Assembly (NCBI RefSeq): GCF_963921235.1 | Contig: NC_086097.1 | Span: 178,562,001 to 178,626,000, forward strand | Source of the DNA: Mobula hypostoma | Taxonomy: Eukaryota | Length of the DNA: 64,000 bases | Reading direction: 5' to 3' | Shown: positions 11,056-24,779 of the stretch, in pieces | Layout: each line of letters begins with the position of its first letter | Numbering within the stretch: position 1 is the stretch's first letter | The notes under the pieces: generated by a model | The model's input: the letters and a program-made list of their open reading frames with translations, nothing else | The model's database searches: none | Told to the model about the DNA's origin: nothing | Made by a program: the position numbers and the translations under genes

Positions 11056-13559
11056 ATTTAGCCATTCTTTCTCGAAGATTTATTTTGAGATAAAGTGCAG
11101 AATAGGCCTTTCTGCTCCTTCAAGCTGCCGTGTACAAATCGGCTGTATTGGTTGCTGTTACACTTCTGGGGGACTTTGTGAAAATGCATCAAGAGGTGCT
11201 GTTGAGAGGCAGGCCAGTCCGACACCCAGCCCAGTGTCGTGGCTGCACCCTGGCCCTTGTGTCCTGCTTTGGTGTAGATGATCGCAGAGCACAGTCTGGT
11301 TTGTCGCATTCAGCTGTGAAGCGGCATGAAGTTGTGAATTTAGGAGGGAGTTCCAGCAGAGGTAGTGGTGGTGGGCATTCCAGTTCTGTGCACTGATTAG
11401 GCAGCAGGTGCCTGTGAGTTAAATGCAGCATTACAGTAGGTCTGGGAGCTTGCCGGGGACACCAGGCCTCTCTTCCTAGTTCATTATAAGAGGCAATTTT
11501 AATATTTAGCTATTTCTAAACTACAGAACTATAACATTGAATGCATTAAGTACTGAATAGGGATCCAGATAATATCCTCAAGTCACCACATGTCCTGCGC
11601 TGACCCAATAAAAATATTACCTCAAAAATACCAATCACACTTTTAAATTGTGCTCTCAACAGCAGAAAGTTCACTGACAGATTGCTTCTCTTCTCCCTCT
11701 TACTCTTCGAGCACCCAGCTCTATGTATCAGCCCTTGCTACACACTGTAGGCCTGTGAGGGAGATTGAGAATGAAGCCTTTGATCTATGGTCGGGTCTGG
11801 CCTCTCTTTAAGTGGCTTCGTCCGCGCTTTGTAGGGCCAGGTTGGGTAGTAAAATCTTCTCAGCTTGAGTGAGCTCGAGGTGAGAGTGTAAAGGTCTGAG
11901 AGTTCTGCTGTCCCAGGCTATGTGTCATCATGGGGTCTGAATCTTTACTGTGGCTTCATTAACCACTTCAGTTTGCAAGGGAAAAGTTTAGGGGGAAATT
12001 GCCACAAAATGAACAAATTGGAGTGTTTTAGCAAAGGTTTCTATTTTGATGCCGGGCTTTCATTCATCCCTCTTTGATATGCAGTGTAGCTGTGCTGACT
12101 CCGAGACCACTTCCTAACCAATCGTCTGGCCGGGGAACCTTCCCTTACAGCTTGTATCAATGCTGCTTTGTAAGCAGGGCCAGGGCAGTAGGATGCAGGA
12201 ATGAGGCTCCGTTTTTGCCACTTAACACTCTCTCGCCCACCCCCCCCCCCAACTCACCCTCTGGGGTCCCTGTTTTCTCCCAATTGTCCCACCTCTAGTT
12301 ACTTCCCAGAACTTCCCTTCCCAAATCTTTTCACCCCTCCCTCCCCTCTCCCCCCAGCGCACCTCCCCCTCCAAGAACACTGCCAAAGCCGATAACTCAT
12401 CAGGCACTGGTCACGGTTGATGTGCTGTACCACCTGGTGCTGGGTTTAATAAATAAGAGAAACCAGTTTACCACACTGGACAGATGGTCAAAGACTGGCC
12501 TAAACCGCCCTGTGCCCTCTAAACCGTTCTCACTGCGAGAGGAGCTCGAGTGTAAGGTGGACACATTTTAATGTTTTTCTTGTGTGTGATTTTGGCTGTG
12601 TCCTAAAGCCATAACTCACTGCAGAAAGAAAAATGATGATTTCTGCTTGTGAATTATTAGCCAACATCACGCAACCACCCGCTGTGAACCAGCCCTGAAT
12701 GATGAGTCCTGAATCTCCAGAGTTGTGGACAGCTGATTGGTGCTGTACACCTGTTCTCTCCGAAATGAAAAATGCCTTTGCATTGCGCTTGGTTCACCTG
12801 CAAAGATAAAAAAAAAGTGTCCCTCCCACTCCCTGCCCTCATTAGGCTAAGTTCAAGATGATGCAAGGATTCCTTGAACAGAGGGAGGGAAAATGAGCGG
12901 TCGATGTTTCGAGTCCATGTGAAGGGACATGACCCAAAATATCAATTGTCCGTTCCACCCCGATCCAGCTTGACTCATTAAGTTCCATCAGCTTATTGTG
13001 TGCTGTCCCGAATTTCAATATCAACACAGTCTTGTGTTTCCTACTTTAGTGATGTTCACTGAAGGATAGGTTTGACTCCTTTCTCGCCGTCACCTTCCAC
13101 ACATAATAGAGCTGTGGGCAATATATTACAGCAGGAAGGAGGGGGATTCCGGGTCCCCACAGTTTAACCACTTCCAAAGATCAGTGTGACTCTCCCTCAG
13201 TGCCGCTTTAGAGCAGCAGCTGTCGGTCGGTGTGCATGGGAGGGGCTAGGGGGTCAACACTGTGGCCTGACCCTACGGCCACACTCAAAGGTGAGGGTCC
13301 CGGCTACAATGTCCAAGCTCTCTCAACACTATAGTACATTTCAGCAGAGGTTTCAAAAGGGTCTGAGCGGCAACCTATGGAGGTGCGTGACGGGGATGCA
13401 CTTACTGTGAGCCACAGCCGCCCGTCCAATCTTTGAATGAGGGCATTGAGCAGTCTCTCTCTGGTGCCAATGTTAGATTTGTCCCACTGTTAAATACTGT
13501 AGGCAGAACTTGCAAAGTGGTTGCTCTGTAGCTGGTTTCATACCCAAATTCTGGAGACC

Positions 13560-13990
13560 TGCCATAGAGCAATACAGCACAGATAAAAGCCTTTTGGCCC
13601 AACTAGTGGGCCACATTGCCCACCCAGCTAGTCCCCCTCGGCCCATATCCCTCCAGGCCTCTTCTCTCCATGTGCTTTTTAAGTGGTACTATCGTACCTG
13701 CCTTAACCAATTCCTGCAGTAACTTGTTCATATTCTCACTGTCTCTGTGTGAAATTGTTGTCCCTCAGGTCCCTTTTAAGCCTTTCCCCTCTCACCCTAA
13801 GCCCATACCCCCTGGATTTGCACTGCCCTACCCTGGGGACAAAGCCATCCACCTTATCTATCCCTCTCATAATTGCAAACACCTGCTCATTGTCCTGCAT
13901 TGCAAGGAATAAAGAGCTAGCCAGGCCAGCCTCATATTGTAACTCAGGAGCTCGAGTCCTGGCAGCATCCTTGTCCTCTTCTGGTCCCCA
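13560..13990 (-). mobile_element. CR1 3' fragment
   Basis: Minus peptide QVFAIMRGIDKVDG...RGYGLRVRGERLKRDLRDNNFTQR. Confidence 0.75.
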
Positions 13991-14119
13991 GCTCCCGGTT
14001 ACCACTCAGACTGCTGAATACCTGATATCTCTTTTTAGAGCAAACATCCTTTGTAAGTGGAGGCAGATGGGTGGGCTTTGATCCTGACCTTTTACGTTGC
14101 TTCTCTTTTTCCTCCACAG

Positions 14120-14179
14120 TAGAAGAAAATGATTCTGAAGACCTACGGCAGACCGTGGGACAGACGAGTGGGCAAAGTG
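14120..14179 (+). CDS. ZNF521: 60-nt coding exon (V)EENDSEDLRQTVGQTSGQS, phase 1-1
   Basis: Strong acceptor ttctctttttcctccacag and donor GTG|GTAATG. Open in the frame set by the previous exon. Size and VEE start match the 60-nt second coding exon I recall for the ZNF423/ZNF521 family. Confidence 0.75.
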
Positions 14180-14451
14180 GTAATGTTCTCTGTTCTAATT
14201 CACTTCGTTTATGACTGATATAGATTTGGCGAGATTGTGAAGCTTGCCCACAGTTGTGATGACACTGTGAAAAACTTGTGTTCATTTCATAAAATACTGA
14301 GATTCTCACAGCCTTGATTGGCAGATCCGTGCAATTATACTTATAATTTGGAATCTGAGGAGAAATGAGAGGTTGTCCAATGAGCCTCCTGTCTCTTGCT
14401 TGTTCTATGTTGAATTTATTCAGTAGGAATATCAGCACTGAGTAATTACAG

Positions 14452-14453
<2 letters not shown>

Positions 14454-14495
<42 letters not shown>
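14454..14495. repeat. (GT)n(GA)n microsatellite
   Basis: Directly visible. Confidence 0.9.
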
Positions 14496-15959
14496 TTGTG
14501 GCATTTTTTCCAGGGGTCTTCCTGAAACTTTTTGAAGAAAGGAAGTGGTGATAAGCTTCCCAGTTCAACCCCTCCATCTGTTCGTGTTTGTCTACGTGTG
14601 TCTGTACCTGAGATTGAGTGAGGTGTAATATCTCACCTATGTTAGTGAAATCTGTTACCGTGTTAAAATGTCTCTAAAATTAACTTGTTACTGATGCTGC
14701 CAGATTATCGTGAGAGCTGTGCAAATTGCATTGTTTTAAGTAGTGTCTACACAGGGGAATTTTGGTCTGGAGGGTCAGGAGGGAGGCAAGTTATCCATAA
14801 GTCAGTATACAAAACCAAAGTTACCAGCAGGAAGATGTGGCCGTGGGGAAAGGTGGCAGGTGCAGGGATGTGGGTGCTTCTTGTTGTGCATCCTGCTGAG
14901 GTTGTGAAAGGGGAGTTAGATAGGGAGTCATATCAGGGCACTGCAGAATCAGTGATTGAGTGCGACTGAAAGGTAGTATAGATTCCACTACTTCGAAGGG
15001 AATGGGCTCCCGTCAGCGCTGTCGCTGTTTCACAACAACTAATGGACGCAAGTGGTGTGATCTGAGCCTGCTTGGTCCCAATGGCTTCAAATATGATTGG
15101 ATGTGAGTCGATACTCTTGTGTGCATTCGGCATTGGTGACCAACAGCAAGAGGAGGGCATTCGGCCCATTGTCCCTCTTCTGGCTCTGAAAGTGACAGTG
15201 GTTTAATCTCCTCGTCTCACATCATAGCCATCAGAAGGTTTATCGAGGGATGCAGGTGTGTTATTTTGGCAAACATCTCTGTGTGCAGTGGTGGGACATT
15301 GTCACATTGTTGGAGAGGATAATCCTGGAGGGGGTGTTGACGTGGGGAGGTGTACAGAGAGATCCTTTTACGAGTCCGTCACCTACCCCTCACCGAACTG
15401 CTAGTACTCTTTAGTGGGATCTTGCTGTTCTGCTTGTGTGTGCATGGTATCTGCTCCTTGAAGGAATCTGTTGTGGAGACACAAGAAACTTCAGATGCTG
15501 GAGCCTGGAGGAACTCATTGGTTTGAGTAGCATCTGTGGAGATGAGGGATAATCTATGTTTTGGATTGAAATCCTCCATCCACACACTGGGGAAGGTCAG
15601 CTTTAGAGTAGTTATGGACAGGTATGAAGCTGAGATGCATCCTAGGATACGCTGGGACACATCATCAGTGACGTAACTGGGGTCATCAGGGGTTTTGGGT
15701 CTTTCAACATCAGACACATTCACCCAGGCATCTCAGCCAGGGTTGATGGGGCCCTGTCTTGTGTCCCAGCAGCACTGGTCCACGGGTCACACTTCTTGAT
15801 CCATAGCCGTCTGGAGGTTCGCCCAGCAGCCTCTGTGACAGTCCTGATAGGTTCTGCACAGTGAGCAGCCAGCACAACCTCTGCACCCCACCTCTATAGG
15901 CTTGCATCGTGCCCTCCACCCGTCTCTGGCACTGTGAGGGTAACAGAGAAATCAGTATC

Positions 15960-17020
15960 CGAATCAGAATCACATTTCTTCTCATTTACTTGTAAGATGT
16001 GAATTTTTTTTACAGCGGCAGTACATAAATTACTATAAATTACTATATAAATAAATGGTGCTGAAAAGGGAATGAAGAGCTGGTGTTCATGTGTTGATGG
16101 ACCATTCAGAAATCTGGTGGCAGAAGGGAAGAAGCTGTCCCTGAATCATTGAGTTTGTGAGTCTTCAGACTCCTCCACCAACTCATCGAAGGTAGTAGTG
16201 AGAGAAGAGGGCAGGTCGAGGATGGTGAAGGTCCTGAGTGACAGGTGTCACCTTGTCAAGGCACCACCTCCTGGAAAAAGTGGGCGAAGGCAAATTTTTG
16301 TGCTGATGACTGGAACATTATCTACCCCTCTGCCTCCATAGATGCTGCTTGACCTGCTGAGTTCCTTCAGCAGTTTGCTTGCTCATTGTCTGTTGCAGCT
16401 TCTTGAGGGATTGAAGGCACCGTGTATACCTGCTGCTAAATGTTAGATGATATCTCCTACATCCTACACATCAGGGGATTTCAGTATTAATATGAATGAA
16501 TTAGATGTGGTTGAATTTCTAAAATGCATCTCAGGGAGCTCTTTTTGTGTGAGTATATGTAGTACTTTAGAGAGGGCAGTAATGGACGTAGTTCTAGGGA
16601 AGGAAGGTAATTAAGTAGGTGAAGTGTCGGTAGGCAAACATTTTAGATACAGGCGACATCTTATAGAGATATATCAAATTATGAGGGGCATAGATAGGTT
16701 AAATGCATGCAGGCTTTCTGCCATCAGATTGGTTGTGACTAGAACCAGAGGTCATAGGTTAAGGACGAAAGGTGAAATATTTAAGGGGAATCTAAGGGTG
16801 AACTTCTTCACTCAGAGTGTGGTGTGAGAGTAGAACGAGCTGCCAGTGGAAGTGGGTTTGATTGCAACACTTAAAAGAAGTTTGGAGAGGTACATGGAAT
16901 GGAGGGGTTTGGAAAGATATGGTCCAGGTGCAGGTAGATGGGACTAGGTAGGAAACTAGCTTGGAATGCTGTAGATGGACTGAAGGGCCTGTTTCCATGT
17001 TGTGGTACTCTATAGCTCAA
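15960..17020. mobile_element. L2-type fragment (-, ~15960-16270) and internally deleted CR1 (+, ~16480-17020)
   Basis: CR1 peptide LIEIYQIMRGIDR...TRGHRL...FFTQSVV; L2-type 3' sequence repeated elsewhere in the window. Confidence 0.65.
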
Positions 17021-17604
17021 TAATGACCATATCTCAATCAGTTTCAAGGGAAAAGGATCAGATAAGTTCTGATCCTAAGTTCTGAACTAGATTAGGCTAT
17101 TTCCTCCCTAAAGGGCAATAGTAAACCAGATGGGATTTTCATGGCCACTATTACTAACACTAGTTTAATTTCTTTAATGATTATTAACTAAATATAAGTT
17201 TAGCTGCCATGGTGGGATTTGAACTCTTGGTCTCTGCATTTATTAGTCCAGGTCTCTGGATTATGTGGTGATATAATCAGGGGTAATAGTGGCAGCAGGC
17301 AGTTTGCTGGAGTTTAAGAGCCTGATTGACAGGCACATAAATATGAAGGGAACTAGAGGGATATGGGTGATACACAGAAGGAGGAAATTTAGTCCAAATT
17401 GCCATTAAGATCAGCACAACATTGTGGTCCAGTGTTGTACCATTCTACGTTCTAATATTTGCACCCTACTAATGATACGGAGTCACATTCCAAAATACAG
17501 GGCATTCAGCCCACTGTTACTGTGCTAGTATTGTTGAACACCCCTTTACACTAGTTCCATATGGTTCTGGAGATGGGTTTAAAGTAGGGACCAGCTATAA
17601 TTGA

Positions 17605-17830
17605 AGACACAGGAGATTGCAGATGCTGGAATTGGTATCAACACAAAGCTAGCTGCTTGGTAACTCAGAAGGTCAGGCAGCATCTATGGGTTGGGGGGGT
17701 GGGGGGGAATTATTGAAGTTTTAGGTTGAAACCTGATGCAGGTTCTCAACCTGAAATTTTGACAATTCTTCTCCTCCACAAAGATGTTACCTGACCTACT
17801 GAGTTCCTCCATCAGGCTGTGTGTTGCTTG
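17605..17830. mobile_element. Older Penelope-terminus hairpin element
   Basis: gcagatgctggaa...aactcagaaggtcaggcagcatct / agatgttacctgacctactgagttcc; no clear TSD. Confidence 0.6.
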
Positions 17831-18139
17831 ATTCTTAAATATACCTGTTTTTCGTACTGATGTTCTTCAAAGGAAATCTGCCCTTACCCAGTCTGGTCTG
17901 TATGTGACTTCACACCCAGAGCTGAGACTCACACCCCCAGCTGCCCTCAGGAGCAAACTATTCAGTGGGCAAAAGGTATCTTGCCACCAACACTGAGGGG
18001 AATTCAGGACGGGCATTTCTTCCCTGCATTCTTCAAACAAGGAAGAAAAAGTCAAGGTCTAACGGACTAAGGAGGAGGCTTGGTGCGAATGGCTTCCTGT
18101 CATTCCTTCTTTTCCAGGTAGCAGCTATGCTCGTCAAGC

Positions 18140-18650
18140 CATAGAATGAAACAGCACAGAAACAGGCCTTTCGGCCCAGCTGGCCCGTGCTGACCATGAT
18201 CCTTGTCCAATCACTCTAAACTCCTCCACGCACTTCACCATATTTTATTATTGTGCCTGCCTCAACCACTTCCTCAGGCAGATTGCTCCATATATGCACC
18301 ATCTTTTGTGTGAAGAAGTTGCCATCCTCTGGGTGGAAAAAGTTGCCCCTGACGTTCTTACTACGTCTTTCTGCTTTACCTTGAAGCTCTTCCCTCTAGT
18401 TGTTGATTCGGCAAACCTGGGATAAGACTGTATGTTCACCCTGTCTTTGTCCCTCATAATTTTAAACACCACTCTATGATCAACCCTCATTCTCCTACAT
18501 GTTGAGGAATAAAGACTCGGCCTGCCCAACCTCTCCCTCTAATATAGGCCCTCAGATCCTGGCAGCATCCTCGTAAATCTCCTCTGCACTCTTTCCAGCT
18601 TAATAATGTCTTTCCCATAGCAGGGCGGCAAGAACTGTGCACAACTGAAC
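18140..18650 (-). mobile_element. CR1 3' fragment
   Basis: Minus peptide RRMRVDHRVVFKIMRDKDRVN...TRGKSFKV. Confidence 0.7.
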
Positions 18651-20489
18651 CAGGCCAAAGCTGGCCTCCCCTGCAGGGAATGGAAACTTAAAACTGGCCT
18701 TGATTAAAGATGTAGCAGAGTCTCTGAGGCTGCACGGGTTGGCTGTGGGTCCTGACCTTGCAGTGTGGTCACTCGAGAGATGACGTGCCAAGTCAAAAAG
18801 GAGGAAAAACAGGAAAAATAAATAAAATTCCTACAGGAAAGGGAGAAAGACTATGCAGCAGGTTTCCTGTTGAAGTGTGTTGTCTCACTGCTGCACTGTG
18901 AGTGTTGAGAGGACAGCTTTCGCCAGCCAGTTATACAGCCAAATTGGCTGTAAGGATTTCAGATGATCCCAAGGGGTCCCAGCCACCACATTGAGATGGA
19001 CACTTTGTTTTTGCATGGGACCTCCAGAAGGATTCCTACCTCAGCCACAATTATCTCTCATCCCCACTCCATCCCTTTGTTAGCCAGTGTCCCTGACAGC
19101 AAGTGGGTGAGTGTTCCATTTGCAGGAAATGGGACAATAGTTTTTATGTTTTTTAAAAAATCACAATCTTTATTGGAGAATTTTAAATCTACAATTCCCT
19201 TCTTGCCATTCTACCTTGCTTTCGCATGGCAGGGGAGGAATCACTGACTCACTGAGATCTTGGCAGAAAGGCCATTCAACCCGTCATGTCCATTCTAGAC
19301 CCTCAGCATTCATGTGAAATTGTTTTCTTTATCTCAAGTTTGGATCTTCTCCGATTACTCTACACATTTTTATTCATATAGTCTGGAGATTGGAGTTATG
19401 CACTGTCATCCAAACTAGGTTAACCAAAGTTTCTCCACTTTTGAAATCTCTTTTAAATGTTGTCCTCTGTAGGGTTTTAACTGGTTGATTAGTAAATTGG
19501 TTTATTACTGTCTCATGTACTAAGGTCCAGTGGAAAAACTTGACTTGCCTACTGTTTATGCAGAACATTTCATTGAGGTATTACAAAGGAAAACAACAAT
19601 ACAGAATAAAATGTTTAAAAATAACAGAATGCAAAATAAAATATATAAAAATATGGAATAGAGAATACACAATAAAAGAATGCAGTGCAGGTAGATAATA
19701 ATATGCCGAGCAATTATGTGGTAGATTATGAGGTCAAGAATCTATCTTATCATCCTAGGGGACCATTCGGTTGTCTGACATCAGTGGAGCAAAGCTGTAT
19801 CTGAGCCTGGTGGTACGTACTTTCAGGCATTTGTAATTTCTGCCTGATGCAAAGAGTCTGTAGCAACCATTAAGTGCTGGTAGTCATTGTAAAATCATAA
19901 GATTTTCCGATGAATCACTGTTTGGAAGGTAGATCATCAAGTGCTGAAATCTAATTGTCGATGCAAAAAATTTTCATCCTTGCTTACCCAGCCTCTGTGT
20001 ACACATCCGTTCCATTTCCTGGAACCATCTACAACCCTCTGAGATCACTGCCCTCTTCCCGATCTGACTATTTGGATGTCCCCAGTGCTTCACCGATGTC
20101 AGCCCGTGCCCTATTCTTGGAAATTTCTTCCATAATATGTCTCCCCTCTCACCAAACTCTCTTCCTTTAAGATTTTCCTCAAAATTCTATAACCCTGTGT
20201 CTTTTACCAAGGATTCCTTCCCTCCCTGATTGAAGGACATCACAGAGGACTGAACTTGTCCTCTTTCACATCTTGAGATATTTTACTACAGAACAGGTGT
20301 TGTGCAAATCCAAGTGGTTGTGGTAGAAACTTTTGAACTAATAAGGGCTCCTTCCACTCTTCAGATGTCGATGTTACAATCTTTGTGACCATTTACTGGG
20401 GAGTTCATGTTTTCTGATGCATCAGCCTGCAATAACTCCAAGTCCCATTCACCACTGAATCTCATTCTCTTAAGAGAGAGAAACAGTCA

Positions 20490-21030
20490 TTTGCTCCTGA
20501 GGCTTTATAAGACATTGGTCAGACCACATTTGGAGTATTGCGAGAAAGTATGTGCAGACATTGGAGAGGGCCCAGAGGAAGTTTACAAGAATATTCCCAG
20601 GAATAAAAGAGTTAATGTATGAGGAGCATTTGAAGGCTCTGGGCCTGAACTCGCTGGAGGTGAGAAGAATAAGGTGGATCTCATTGAAACCTACTGAATA
20701 TTGAAAGGCCTAGATAGGTGGATGTTTCCAGAAAATCTAGGCACAGCCTCAGAATACGAGGACGTGCCTTTAGAACAGAGATGTGGAAGTATTTCTTTAG
20801 CCAAAGGGTGGTGAATCTGCGGAATTCACTGCTTCGGATGGCTGTGGAGGCCAAGTGGATATATTTAAAGCAAAGATTGATAGGTTCTTGATTGGTAAGG
20901 GTGTTAAAGTTTAGGGGAATAAGTGGAGAATAAGGTTGAGAAGGAAAAATAAATCAGCTATGTCTGAATGATGGAGCAGACTTAATGGGCTGAATGGCCT
21001 CATTCTGCTCCTAAGTCTTTGGTCTTATGG
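20490..21030 (+). mobile_element. CR1 3' fragment
   Basis: Peptide LYKTLVRPHLEYC; 3' end gggctgaatggcct...ctgctcct...gtcttatgg. Confidence 0.8.
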
Positions 21031-21354
21031 CCCATCGAGTGCACGCCAGCAGTCCCATTTGCCCCATTCTGCCACAATTCTCTGTAAGCTGCTCTCTCTC
21101 ACAGGCTCATTAACTTCTTCCCGGTCACCTGCCACTCACCCACGCACTTGTGGGGAAGCAATTTACAGTGGTCAGTTAACCCTCCAACTTGCAAATCGGG
21201 ATATGGTACCCGACGGGAACTCTCACAGTCACAGGGGAACTCTGCTGCTACAACAGTGACTGGGGTCTGATGGTGGGCAAGTCAACTGATCCCAGAAAAC
21301 ATTCAAATCGTGAGGCGGTTTGACTCAAAGGTGAGGGTTGATCATAGAGAAAGA

Positions 21355-21580
21355 GCGGCTTCTATTTATATAGTGCCTTTCAGGATATCCCACTGTTTAT
21401 TACAGACACAAATGTATTTTTGAGGTGTAGCCACTGCTGTAATGGAAGAAATAAAGCAGCCAACTTGTCAGCATAGAAGGAACAGCTTCCAGGAAATTCC
21501 AGGAAAATGTTATAAATGTGTTAATGGTATTGAGGGAGAGATGAACACTTGATTGGGATCAATGCCTGCTCCTCCCATAG
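21355..21580 (-). mobile_element. Old SINE remnant, probably DeuSINE-like with L2-type tail (similar piece at ~44060-44230)
   Basis: atttatatagtgcctttcaggatatccca...ttttgaggtgtagccactgctgtaatg resembles a remembered consensus; unverified. Confidence 0.4.
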
Positions 21581-22259
21581 AGCTCAAGAAAAGTGTGTGT
21601 GAGAGGGAGTGTGTGCATATGTATGAGCGAGAGAGAGAAAACACACAGTATGTAAAATGTGACTATGATTAGATTCTTCATTCACCTCCACCCCCAATCC
21701 CGCTCCATACCCGTTTTCACCATTTGCGAAGTTCACTTGTGCTGGTATCACCCACATATCGATCCAATAAGTCACAACAATGCTGTTAAATTATTGGCTA
21801 TTAGTTTCCTTCATTACCAGAGACAAATGGTAGGATGTTGAGGCGTTGAAGGGGACAATCAGGCAGTAGTGAAAAGGTATAAGAGAGGGGAGGAACACAG
21901 AATGGCTACAGCCGGGGAGACCACTTAGTACATTGAATGTGTGTTGACTGTAAGGGAGAATATCCCGTCTATTCTATAGCCCTGCCTTTTCCCCGCAACC
22001 CTGCAAACGTTTTCCTTTGGATCTCCTTACCCATTTTTATTTCCATTAACTTCCACCACTACCCCTGCCATGTAGCCCAACTGCTCACTGGGCAAAATTA
22101 TTTTTATTGTTTTCATTCCTGACCCGATCAATCACTTTCCTTGGTTTTTGACTCTCCACAATTGGCAACAGGTTCTCCTGTCTGCACCCTTGATATTATA
22201 TCACTCTAGCAGGTGCCCTTCCACCTCTCCTACTCCAAACAACCTTTTGCGGCTGCAGA

Positions 22260-22690
22260 AATAGGTTGCTGCGACTGGAGGGCTTGAGTAATAAGCCGAG
22301 GTTGGATTGGCTGCTTTCTTACCCTGGAGGCTGATGGTTGACGGATTGGAGGTTCATGAGAGGCGTAGATAATGTGGATGGTCACAATCGTTTCCCCAGG
22401 TAGGGGAGTCTAAAGCTAAAGAATATAGGTTTAAGGTGAGAGGGGAAAATATTTAAAGGGGACATGAGGAGTAAGTTTCTCACACAGAGAGTGGTATGCA
22501 TGTGAAATGAGCTGCCAGAGAAAGTGGCACAGATATGTAGACTTACAATCTTTAAATATGTTTGGTCAGGTACCTGGATAGCAAAGGTTTAGACACAAAA
22601 CTTTAGCGGGCTATGGCCCACATACAGACAAATGGGACAAGCTCATTGGAGTTGGGCCGAAGGGCCTGCCTCTGCGCTCTATGGCTCTTC
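22260..22690 (+). mobile_element. CR1 3' fragment
   Basis: ataggtttaaggtgagaggggaaa...aatgagctgccagag...gggccgaagggcctg. Confidence 0.7.
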
Positions 22691-22718
22691 GAATGCAGTC
22701 TTTCCATGTAACTAAAGA

Positions 22719-23390
22719 CCCTTTCTCCGCCACTCCCCCCCTTCTCCGCCACTCCCCCCCTTCTCCGCCACTCCCCCCTTCTCCGCCACTCCCCCCTTCT
22801 CCGCCACTCCCCCCTTCTCCGCCACTCCCCCCTTCTCCGCCACTCCCCCCTTCTCCGCCACTCCCCCCTTCTCCGCCACTCCCCTTTCTCTGCCACTCCC
22901 CTTTCTCCGCCACTCCCTCCCCCTTTCTCCGCCTCTCCCTCCTTTCTCCGCCTCTCCCCCTTTCTCCGCCTCTCCCCCTTTCTCCGCCACTCTCCCCCCT
23001 TCTCCGCCACTCCCCCCTTCTCCGCCACTCCCCCCTTCTCCGCCACTCCCCTTTCTCCGCCACTCCCCTTTCTCCGCCACTCCCCTTTCTCTGCCACTCC
23101 CCTTTCTCCGCCACTCCCTCCCCCTTTCTCCGCCTCTCCCTCCTTTCTCCGCCTCTCCCCCTTTCTCCGCCTCTCCCCCTTTCTCCGCCACTCTCCCCCT
23201 TTCTCCGCCACTCTCCCCCTTTCTCCGCCACTCCCCCCTTTCTCCGCCTCTCCCCCCTTTCTCCGCCTCTCCCCCCTTTCTCCGCCACTCTCCCCCTTTC
23301 TCCGCCACCCTCCCCCCTTCTCCGCCACCCTCCCCCCTTCTCCGCCACCCTCCCCCCTTCTCCGCCACCCTCCCCCCTTCTCCACTACTC
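22719..23390. repeat. Minisatellite, 17-19 bp unit TTCTCCGCCACTCCCCCC
   Basis: About 35 tandem copies with variants; produces the four spurious 245-270 aa ORFs. Confidence 0.95.
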
Positions 23391-23489
23391 TCTCCCTCTC
23401 CTCCCTCTCCAGCACGCTCTCCCTTTCGTTCAGTCGCTTTTGATTTGAATTTGAGGATATTATGACACAGTGGCTGAGTGAGGAGGAGT

Positions 23490-24180
23490 GCTGTCACGTG
23501 GTGCTAAAGATCTCCGTGCTGTCTATGAGGAGTTTGCACATTCACCTTTTGACTGTGAGGGTTTCCCCGGGTGACCCAGTTTTCTCCCACATCTGAACGT
23601 TGTACTGCCCCTGAGATACACTCAGCTGTCCCCACAACTCTTACCAGTTTTTGTCGATAAACATTCTGTCTGGATGCATCATGAATCTGTCTGCACGTGA
23701 ATGCAAGAAACTGCAGATAGTTGTGGGCACAGCGCAGCACATCACAGAAACTAGCCTGCCCTCCAAGAACTCTTTCTACACTTGTCACTGCCACAGTAAA
23801 GCAGCCAGCATAAACAAAAACCCTAGACCACCGTAGACATTCCCTCTTCTCCCCTCTCCCATTGGTCAGAAGATATAAAAGCCTGAAAGGACACACCACC
23901 AGGCGCAAGGACGTCTGTCCCATTGATATCATGCTCGTGAATGGAGCTCTCAATAAGATAAGATTCTTGACGTCCCAATCTACCTTGTTATGATCTTGCA
24001 CCTTATTGTTTACCTGCACTGTACTCTTTCAGTAGATTTTGCACTTTGTTCTGCATTGTCATTATTCTACCTTATTCTAGCTCAATGCACTGTATAATGA
24101 CTGGATCTGTATAAACAGTATGCAAGACCGGCTTTTCACTGTATCTTGGTACGTGACTATAATAAACCAATTCCATTACC
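23490..24180 (+). mobile_element. SINE piece plus L2-type 3' fragment
   Basis: Peptide ILSGCI...ECKKLQIVVGTAQHIT...KAASINKNP; tail cttttcactgtatcttggtac...aataaaccaatt. Confidence 0.7.
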
Positions 24181-24779
24181 AATACAATACAGAAGAAGAA
24201 ACTGAGGGAGAAGATGACCATGATTTTGATGAATGTTGGCGAGCACTCAAAGGACGGAATGGCAAATTCCTGCTGCTATTTCTCATGTAACAATCCCGCA
24301 AAGTGCATTGGGATGTCTTGCCTTGTTAAAGGTGCTGTGCAGATGCAAACTGTGCTGAACTTAAATACACGTTATGGTATCAGTAATTAGTGTGACAAAT
24401 TTATTCCTTCCATAGTTCTGTAAATGGAAAAAAATGTTGCTGTTATAATCTTCCACAGAACCAGTGGAGAAGCTCTATTAATGGAGTTTAAAAATTAGAT
24501 TCCAAATGCAAGTCAAGCCAATAATTAGTGATGTTACAACTATTTTCACTGATACTTCATTTCAGACTTAGCATTGCAAATATTATTAGAACATTGGTGT
24601 TGTAAAGCTGCTGGAGGTTTGCTCACTGGGCTGTACGCTGCCAAAGTTTATTAATGCTGTTGAAGTTTTATGATGGGTATCAAAGGAGAAAGAATCGCTA
24701 CATATCAATTCTGTGCTGCTGCTGTTTCAACAGGGTAGAACCCCATCCTTGTATCTCCCACCCCCGTCATGACTTTGAA

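Noticed and set aside
22603..23497. Four 245-270 aa ORFs (Pro-rich or Gly/Arg/Glu-rich)
   Set aside because: Translations of a stop-free minisatellite.
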